This document shows positions 1 through 6,051 of a DNA stretch of 15,039 nucleotides, piece by piece. Position numbers and translations under genes: made by a program. This DNA comes from Promethearchaeota archaeon (GTDB lineage: Archaea; Asgardarchaeota; Lokiarchaeia; Sigyniarchaeales; SOKP01): contig SDNY01000090.1 of NCBI GenBank assembly GCA_004524535.1, positions 1 through 15,039 of the forward strand, written 5' to 3'. The stretch's first letter is position 1; every line of letters starts with the position of its first letter. The notes under the pieces were generated by a model. The model was not told the origin of the DNA. It did not search any database and was given only the letters and a program-made list of their open reading frames with translations.

Positions 1-318
1 GAAAACGATGTAGAGGATGGATTTGTGAAGCTAGTTGTTGATAAATCATATAAAATTTTAGGTGCTCACATTGTTGGTCCATATGCTGCGATTTTAGTTC
101 AACCATTTGTCTATTTAATGAATTCTGGCTTTTCATGCAATTTAGAAGAAGGTCTTGATCTTAATCTAATACCAAAAACACTGCGAGCTTGTCCGGAAGG
201 TGGTTCATTTATGCCAATATACCATTCAATGATTATACATCCATCTCTTAATGAGGTAACAGGTTGGGCAATCGGTGGATTAAGACCAGTAAATATTAAA
301 CAGGAACATAATCACTAA
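1..318 (+). CDS. C-terminal dimerisation domain of a class I pyridine nucleotide-disulfide oxidoreductase (dihydrolipoamide dehydrogenase/mycothione reductase-like); 5'-truncated by the window edge
   Basis: Frame is open from base 1 (ENDVEDGFVKLVVDKSYKILGAHIVGP). The GFVKL...ILGAHIVG and HPSLNE (HPTLSE-type His-Glu dyad) motifs are present. The GTG at 25 is an internal Val. Confidence 0.85.
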   Translation, partial: ENDVEDGFVKLVVDKSYKILGAHIVGPYAAILVQPFVYLMNSGFSCNLEEGLDLNLIPKTLRACPEGGSFMPIYHSMIIHPSLNEVTGWAIGGLRPVNIKQEHNH

Positions 319-361
319 TATTAATGCTCAATAATCTCAATGCATCGCTATTGAATAGAAA

Positions 362-375
362 TTTTTTTTTCTTTT
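362..375 (+). terminator. Oligo-T tract, putative archaeal-type terminator between convergent genes
   Basis: T9-C-T4 run about 45 bp after the stop at 318. Confidence 0.4.
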
Positions 376-1267
376 ATTTATCTTTGAATTCTTTGATTAA
401 GATATGGTTTTTATCATAATCATCCATAATTCCTTTAAATCTTTTTTCTAAAGCTCTCTTCCAAAATCTTCCCGTTTCTGTGAGGATATAGAATATATCT
501 CTACGAATTGCTTCAAATACAATATCACCAGCTTCATCAGCTGAAGTACCCTTATCCCATAAATTTACCATTTCTCTGGCCATAGTTTCAAGATGTGGAT
601 GTTTTTTTATAATCCTTTCTATGTATGGTTCAAAATCTGGATCACAAAATTCCTCTGGACGATTTCTTTCGCATCGTGCAATATTGGTGGTGACAATTCC
701 TGGGCAAAGAACAGAGACATTAATTTTATGCCTCAATTGATTAAGACTTATTTTTAAACTCTCAGAAAGTGCCACAACTCCTTGTTTTGAGACACTATAG
801 ATACCATTCCATGCGTCTCCAGACATTAATCCTGCCATTGATGAGGTATTAATAATATGACATTCAGTATCTTGTTGAATCATTATAGGAATAAAAGTTA
901 GAATTCCATGAATTATACCCCACAAATTTACTCCTAAAGCCCATTTCCAATCATTTAATCTAGTCTCCCATAGAAATCCGGGAGATGCTACTCCTGCATT
1001 ATTACATAATAAATGGACTTCTCCAAACTTGTCGATTGTTTTTTGGGCTAAATTTTCAACATCCTCTATTTTTGAAACATCTGTTACTATAGATATAACA
1101 TCAACTCCTTTTGACTTTAATTCCTCTTCGGCAGCCAACAGAGCATCTTTTTCAATATCAGCTAAAACTACTTTCATACCCTCTTTGGCAGCTCTCCTGG
1201 CTATACCGAGGCCAATTCCGCTTGCGGCACCCGTTATAACTGCCACTTTGTCTTTAAATTCCTTCAT
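374..1267 (-). CDS. Short-chain dehydrogenase/reductase (classical SDR)
   Basis: TGAASGIG Rossmann motif, NNAG, catalytic Ser (NTSS), YSVSK (YxxxK) and LCPG motifs; an acidic residue after beta2 (LADIE) suggests NAD(H) preference. Confidence 0.95.
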   Translation of the reverse strand: MKEFKDKVAVITGAASGIGLGIARRAAKEGMKVVLADIEKDALLAAEEELKSKGVDVISIVTDVSKIEDVENLAQKTIDKFGEVHLLCNNAGVASPGFLWETRLNDWKWALGVNLWGIIHGILTFIPIMIQQDTECHIINTSSMAGLMSGDAWNGIYSVSKQGVVALSESLKISLNQLRHKINVSVLCPGIVTTNIARCERNRPEEFCDPDFEPYIERIIKKHPHLETMAREMVNLWDKGTSADEAGDIVFEAIRRDIFYILTETGRFWKRALEKRFKGIMDDYDKNHILIKEFKDK

Positions 1268-1402
1268 GATTATTATTAACTTTTTAATTAATTTATGAAT
1301 TTGCTTATTTCATATGCTTTTGGAGAAAAAGAGTTTTTCAAGAAATATAGAGTTTCTAAGCAATTGTATTTTTTTTAGTAGCATTTGCTAATATTAAATT
1401 TC

Positions 1403-1461
1403 TTATAATTCCAAGAAATTTTTAAGGATTTGCATTCCATGGAGCTTCATTTTGATGGATT
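1403..1461 (-). repeat. Direct repeat copy A1: remnant 3' end of a TrpG/PabA-like glutamine amidotransferase gene
   Basis: 1405-1461 matches 2220-2276 at 51/57 nt without gaps (hand alignment). The minus strand reads SIKMKLHGMQILKNFLEL-TAA. Confidence 0.85.
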
Positions 1462-1568
1462 AGTAACAATGGTGATAATCATCTATGCGATAATATATAA
1501 ATTAAAACTGTTTTATATTTATTGAATATCCCTAAAAGAGTAATATAGATAAATATTTAAGAGTTAAA

Positions 1569-2021
1569 ATGAAAAAATTAAAAATCTTCCTTGATACTTC
1601 AGTTTATAGCTCGCTTTTTGATAATCGAATTCCAAATCGTCAAAAAATGACGCAAGATTTCTGGAATAATATTGGAGATTATGAGCTTTATTATTCTGAA
1701 ATAATATTAGAAGAGATAAATGCTGTTTCAAATGAAAATTTAAAGAAAGATATGAAAAACTTATTAAAAGATGGAGAAAAATTAAAGACCTCAACGGAAG
1801 TAGAAAATTTAACTCAAATCTATATTAAAGAGGGGCTAATTCCAGAAAAATATGAGAATGATGCGGTTTTAATTGCTCTAACTTCTGTCTATTCGTTAGA
1901 CATATTAGTTAGCTGGAATTTTAAGCATTTAGTGAAGAGAAAAACTAGAATTGGAGTAAATCTTATAAATTTAAAAAACGGATATAAAACAATTGAAATT
2001 CTAGCTCCACCAGAATTATAG
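1569..2021 (+). CDS. PIN-domain (VapC-like) ribonuclease, putative type II TA toxin
   Basis: N-terminal IFLDTSV, SEIILEEI, DAVLIA and LVSWNFKHL motifs carrying the conserved acidic PIN residues; 150 aa. Confidence 0.88.
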   Translation: MKKLKIFLDTSVYSSLFDNRIPNRQKMTQDFWNNIGDYELYYSEIILEEINAVSNENLKKDMKNLLKDGEKLKTSTEVENLTQIYIKEGLIPEKYENDAVLIALTSVYSLDILVSWNFKHLVKRKTRIGVNLINLKNGYKTIEILAPPEL

Positions 2022-2026
2022 AGGTG
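2021..2026 (+). promoter_or_regulatory. Shine-Dalgarno GAGGTG for the downstream small ORF
   Basis: GAGGTG overlaps the PIN stop codon and ends 8 nt before the ATG at 2035. Confidence 0.7.
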
Positions 2027-2034
2027 TAAAATAT

Positions 2035-2202
2035 ATGTTATACAATATTGAAAATTTAATTAAAGAAGCTAAATTATCAGAAAAAGAAAAAACAAAGATT
2101 ATTGCGGAGGTAAGAGAAGAATTCCCTCAGGATGAGATGCTTTTTGAATTACATCTTTTTCGGTTATTACAGCATTTGAAAAAACAGAAAGTAATGAAAT
2201 AG
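2035..2202 (+). CDS. 55-aa helical protein, putative antitoxin (absent from the ORF track)
   Basis: Hand translation: MLYNIENLIKEAKLSEKEKTKIIAEVREEFPQDEMLFELHLFRLLQHLKKQKVMK*. It has a strong SD and starts 13 nt after the PIN gene. Confidence 0.75.
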   Translation: MLYNIENLIKEAKLSEKEKTKIIAEVREEFPQDEMLFELHLFRLLQHLKKQKVMK

Positions 2203-2217
2203 CAAATTCATAAAAAG

Positions 2218-2292
2218 TCATAATTCTAAAAAATTTTTTAGGATTTGCATACCATGGGGCTTCATTTTAATGGATTTGGGATGAAATTTCAA
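2218..2292 (-). pseudogene. Direct repeat copy A2: remnant 3' end of a TrpG/PabA-like class I glutamine amidotransferase gene
   Basis: The minus strand reads LKFHPKSIKMKPHGMQILKNFLEL-TGA, matching the family ending QFHPESI...G..IL.NFL. It is preceded by an in-frame stop, so it is only a fragment. Confidence 0.75.
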
Positions 2293-2324
2293 TTAACTCT
2301 TAAATTTTCATCTAATACCAAATT

Positions 2325-2523
2325 AACCTATTGTTCAAATAAAATTACATGAAGGGGTAAATCTTCCTCTATTTTTTTCTAAATATTGTTGATGATACTC
2401 CTCAGCGTGCCAAAATTCTGATGCAGGTACTATTTTCGTAACAATAGGATTACTATACTTTTTAGACAGTTCTAACCTTTTCCTTGAATTCTGTGTTGCC
2501 TTTTTCTGTTCCTTATTTAAATA
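2325..2523 (-). pseudogene. msrA: Orphan 3' fragment of msrA (direct repeat copy B1), including 10 bp beyond the stop codon
   Basis: Ungapped match to 4836-5034 at about 181/199 nt by hand count. It encodes YLNKEQKK...FWHAEEYHQQYLEKNRGRFTPSCNFI* and lacks the GCFWG active site. Confidence 0.93.
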
Positions 2524-2607
2524 CATATTCCGTATTTTCATCTTCATCAAAATCTATTTTATTAAATTTTAGAAAAAATAAATAATAAATCTTCATTAAT
2601 CGTTTAC

Positions 2608-2796
2608 ATGAAAGATGAACACTCTGATTATTTTCTAAGAAGGATAACAGAGAATGATGGAGAAAGGTCATTCCAAACAATTAGAGAAGAATTCAATACT
2701 CCATCTGGGACTCTAAAGGAGTATGTTAAGGAAGATAGAAATTGTAATGATGCGGGTCTCTTTTCTGTTCTTCCTTTCCTTCATAAAATGAAATAA
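2608..2796 (+). CDS. Hypothetical 62-aa ORF, possibly a decayed HTH-containing gene
   Basis: ATG-started ORF. SFQTIREEFNTPSGTLKEYVK has HTH-like spacing, but no family is recognised. Confidence 0.3.
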   Translation: MKDEHSDYFLRRITENDGERSFQTIREEFNTPSGTLKEYVKEDRNCNDAGLFSVLPFLHKMK

Positions 2797-3113
2797 CCTT
2801 TCGACCTAGCGACTTAAAAGTTATGTCGAGATCCTCATCAAAATAACCCACCAACCTCGTTGAAAAAATAGGGTAAATCTTTCTTGATATAGCCTTAGAG
2901 ATTGAAATGATTTTTCTTGCTTTTTTATCGGAAGTATGGATTTTAAGCGAAAGTATGGGAAGTTATGTGTGTATTAAAATATTCAAATTGGAATGCCGTT
3001 CTAAATGAAATTACTCTAATTTTTATTCCAAATTACATATTCGACAATCTGTCATATTTTATAAGCATCAGAATTATAAAATAATTTAATATTGTAATTT
3101 TGATTATTAAACA

Positions 3114-4091
3114 ATGGGAATACATATGAGTATTAATGTGTCTAATTTATATCTTATTTTGTTTCACCAAGTAAAAGGGATAGGAATTAAGAAATTAAAA
3201 GAGATTTACAAAAAATTTGGAGATTTTCAAAAAGCTTACAACGCACCTTTAGAAGATTTTGAAAAAATAATTAAAGAAAAAAAAGTAATAACAAATGTCC
3301 AAAAATTTCTTAATCAAAAAGAAGATGTAGTGAAAAAAGTAAAACAAATAAATATACTCTTAAAAAATAGAGAAGTAAGATATGTATCTTATTTTGATAA
3401 TGATTATCCTAAGCCCTTGCTAGAAATTGAAGACCCTCCTGTAGGATTATATATTAAAGGAGATTATTTATTTGAGTATTTAGAAAAAAGTGTATCAATC
3501 ATTGGCACACGAGACCCTTCTTTTTATGGGCATTCAAAAGCAAGAACTATTGCAAGAGAACTAGCGGAACAAGGTTACACCATTGTAAGTGGATTAGCAA
3601 GAGGTATTGATATGGAAGCACATTTAGGAGCTCTTGAAGGAGGGGGTAATACTATTGCTGTGTTAGGGTCAGGTGTAGAAAATATATATCCTGAAGAACA
3701 TAAAAACCTTGCCAAGGATATTTTGGATAATGGTGGAGCTTTAATTTCAGAATTAGATGTTAATCAAAGAAGTAGTCCTCATAGCCTCGTGAGTAGAAAT
3801 AGAATCGTTAGCGGTCTATCTAAAGCCTCATTAATAATAGAGGGAACATTAAAGAGTGGAACGAGACATGAAGCTAATTTTGCAAGAACTCAAAATAAAT
3901 ATTTATTTGCTCTAAGACCATTATCTTTATCTCGTGAAATCTCAGAATTACCTCTAGACCTAATAGAAAATGGTGCAATCGGTATTGAGACAACCTCTGA
4001 TATCATCGATTTCATAAATTCTAGTATCATAAGGGATGAATCAAAAAAGAAGACTAAAAAGGATTTAATGGATTTTATTAGAATTGAATAA
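3114..4091 (+). CDS. dprA: DNA-processing protein DprA/SMF
   Basis: N-terminal SAM/HhH-like VKGIGIKK, YPKPLLEIEDPP.GLYIKG, IIGTR, VSGLARGIDMEAH.GAL, AVLGSG...IYP and RNRIVSGLS motifs. There is no C-terminal winged helix. An alternative start lies at 3126. Confidence 0.95.
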   Translation: MGIHMSINVSNLYLILFHQVKGIGIKKLKEIYKKFGDFQKAYNAPLEDFEKIIKEKKVITNVQKFLNQKEDVVKKVKQINILLKNREVRYVSYFDNDYPKPLLEIEDPPVGLYIKGDYLFEYLEKSVSIIGTRDPSFYGHSKARTIARELAEQGYTIVSGLARGIDMEAHLGALEGGGNTIAVLGSGVENIYPEEHKNLAKDILDNGGALISELDVNQRSSPHSLVSRNRIVSGLSKASLIIEGTLKSGTRHEANFARTQNKYLFALRPLSLSREISELPLDLIENGAIGIETTSDIIDFINSSIIRDESKKKTKKDLMDFIRIE

Positions 4092-4107
4092 ATAAGACGA
4101 TGCTAGC

Positions 4108-4836
4108 ATGGTCAAGGAACAAGATGGTGTAATAATTTTAGACAATGATATAAGTGTCTTACCAATTTTTAATAATTATTGTTCAAAATGTAAAAAAAAT
4201 TTATCTTCAGGAGGACATTGCTATCAATGTCAACAATATCCATATGAGTCTGTAATTAATCTAGGATATTATTTTTCTGGATGGTTTCGGATGAAAGACC
4301 GTTATATTAGAGCCGATATTAAAAAGACCTTTGATTTGAACCTTGTTAATCCAAAATATAAATTTAGCAAATTAATCAATGATTCTAAGCGCCGTTGGTA
4401 TAGAAATACAATTTCGGATAAAAAGGCAACTATAAAGATACTTAGTAAGGGTCTTGCTTGGAAAATGTTAAAATATGAAAATCAGATTGTAAAAATAATT
4501 GATATTATTGTGCATATCCCTAAAAAAGAGGAAAATCCAGATAGAGATGATCTAGAGTGGAACCTCTTTAATCACGGGTATTATTATGCTAGATATTGTT
4601 CAGAAGAATTAGCTATACCATTCAAAGATAATTTGATATACGAACAAGAAGACTCTAGAAAGGGAGATCGTAATTTTGGGATTTCCAGTAATATAAGTAT
4701 AAGAAATAAGAATATCCTCATTATTGATGACACTTATACAAGAGGAGATACCAAAGGGCCGATTTCAGATCGTCTAAAAAAAGCAGGAGCATCTCAAGTA
4801 TATATTGGTGTGATCGGGAGATCAATAGTTATTTAA
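4108..4836 (+). CDS. comF: ComF-family protein: zinc ribbon plus type I phosphoribosyltransferase domain
   Basis: CSKC-x9-HCYQC zinc ribbon, PRPP-binding loop ILIIDDTYTRGDT and LKKAGASQVYIGVIGR ending; starts 16 nt after dprA. Confidence 0.75.
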   Translation: MVKEQDGVIILDNDISVLPIFNNYCSKCKKNLSSGGHCYQCQQYPYESVINLGYYFSGWFRMKDRYIRADIKKTFDLNLVNPKYKFSKLINDSKRRWYRNTISDKKATIKILSKGLAWKMLKYENQIVKIIDIIVHIPKKEENPDRDDLEWNLFNHGYYYARYCSEELAIPFKDNLIYEQEDSRKGDRNFGISSNISIRNKNILIIDDTYTRGDTKGPISDRLKKAGASQVYIGVIGRSIVI

Positions 4837-5034
4837 ACCTATTGTTTAAATAAAATTACATGAAGGAGAAAATCGGCCTCTCTTTTTTTCTAAATATTGT
4901 TGATGATACTCCTCAGCTTGCCAAAATTCTGATGCAGGTACTATTTCCGTAACAATAGGATTTCTATACTTTTTAGATTCTTCAACCCTTTTCCTTGAAT
5001 TATGTGCTGCCTTTTTCTGTTCCTCATTTAGATA
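4836..5034 (-). repeat. Direct repeat copy B2 (3' end of intact msrA)
   Basis: Matches 2325-2523 at a constant offset of 2511 bp; begins at the last base of the comF-like stop codon. Confidence 0.93.
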
Positions 5035-5334
5035 AAAGATAGCTGATCTATATTGAGAGCCAATATCCAATCCTTGACGATTCAATGTGGTGGGGTCATG
5101 AATATCCCAAAATATTTCAATCAAATCTGTATAAGAAATAATGGTTGGATCAAAAGTCACTTCTACTGCTTCAGCATGGCCCGTTTTATGAGAACATACA
5201 TCTTTATAGGTGGGATTTGGAAAATTACCCCCTGTATAACCAACTCGAGTAGAAATTACCCCTTTTAGTTTTCTAAACTGTGCTTCTATACCCCAAAAAC
5301 AACCTGCTGCAAAAATTGCGATTTGATAGTCCAT
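4846..5334 (-). CDS. msrA: Peptide-methionine (S)-S-oxide reductase MsrA
   Basis: GCFWG, VGYTGG, PTY..VC...TGHAE, HDPT..NRQG.DIG.QYRSAI and AEEYHQQY motifs, with a C-terminal Cys. Confidence 0.97.
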   Translation of the reverse strand: MDYQIAIFAAGCFWGIEAQFRKLKGVISTRVGYTGGNFPNPTYKDVCSHKTGHAEAVEVTFDPTIISYTDLIEIFWDIHDPTTLNRQGLDIGSQYRSAIFYLNEEQKKAAHNSRKRVEESKKYRNPIVTEIVPASEFWQAEEYHQQYLEKKRGRFSPSCNFI

Positions 5335-5426
5335 GTTAATATTGTAAAAATAAAAGAAATTAAATCTGTTTTTAATTAAATATAAAAGAATGGGGAAAAT
5401 TGGGTTATTTCTATAATTTGAGAGTT

Positions 5427-5448
5427 ATGAAATCTTTCATTATATAAT
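5427..5448. promoter_or_regulatory. Candidate msrB promoter: inverted repeat ATGAAA-TC-TTTCAT abutting a palindromic TATA-like ATTATATAAT
   Basis: Both palindromes are seen directly, ending about 38 bp upstream of the msrB ATG in the divergent msrA/msrB spacer. Confidence 0.4.
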
Positions 5449-5485
5449 AGTACGATTCTAATACGTGTATTTTCATATAGAGAAT

Positions 5486-5884
5486 ATGAAGTCGAAAATT
5501 AATGAGAAAAAAGAATTAACTAAAGAACAAAAATATGTTCTATATCAAAAGGGCACTGAACGACCGTTTAGTGGAAAATTTTGGGATAATCATGAGGATG
5601 GCACTTATAGATGTGCAGGATGCGGTTCTGAGTTGTTTTCTTCTGATACAAAATTTGATTCAGGAACCGGTTGGCCAAGTTTTTATGATGTACTCGATCC
5701 TGAGAAAGTTGAACTAAAGACAGATACTAGTCTTGGAATGATCCGGACCGAAGTCGTGTGTAAAAATTGTGGCGGTCATTTAGGGCATATGTTCAAAGAT
5801 GGTCCAAAACCAACTGGATGTAGGTATTGTATTAATTCAGCTTCTTTGGATTTTGAATCTGTGAATTTCCAAAATAAATGCTAA
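5486..5884 (+). CDS. msrB: Peptide-methionine (R)-S-oxide reductase MsrB (Zn-binding type)
   Basis: [39 protein letters not shown] and RYCINSASL motifs. The ATG at 5486 is preferred to the GTG at 5465. Confidence 0.97.
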   Translation: MKSKINEKKELTKEQKYVLYQKGTERPFSGKFWDNHEDGTYRCAGCGSELFSSDTKFDSGTGWPSFYDVLDPEKVELKTDTSLGMIRTEVVCKNCGGHLGHMFKDGPKPTGCRYCINSASLDFESVNFQNKC

Positions 5885-6051
5885 ATTTTCCAAATAAGCG
5901 GAATTAGCAGAAGTTTCAAAACGAATCAAAGAGAATCTAAGGAGGGTTAATTATCTTTAAGTTGAGATAATTTTTATAAAAAATTACCCAAAAATATAAT
6001 TAGTAAAAAAGTAATTGTTCTAAATAAAAATTAAATTTTTTATTATTAAAA

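Noticed and set aside
1376-1393. TAGCA-TT-TGCTA inverted repeat upstream of the SDR
   Set aside because: The 5-bp arms are expected by chance and there is no second copy.
1029-1794. Antisense ORFs 1029-1298 and 1564-1794
   Set aside because: They shadow the SDR and PIN genes and show no motifs.
1405-2276. 57-bp repeats as CRISPR repeats, integron attC sites or IS ends
   Set aside because: There are only two copies, 815 bp apart, in direct orientation, with no cas, integrase or transposase gene; the synonymous divergence pattern indicates a coding origin.
2335-2550. 71-aa ORF as a functional second MsrA
   Set aside because: It lacks GCFWG and the N-terminal ~100 residues; the MMKMKIRNM start is unrelated junction sequence.
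2917-2946. LLFYRKYGF* resembling a GNAT C-terminal motif
   Set aside because: Too short, and no acetyl-CoA-binding motif can be recovered in frame upstream.
5949-5986. AT-rich inverted repeats upstream of the ATPase
   Set aside because: They are almost purely A/T and not significant at this base composition.
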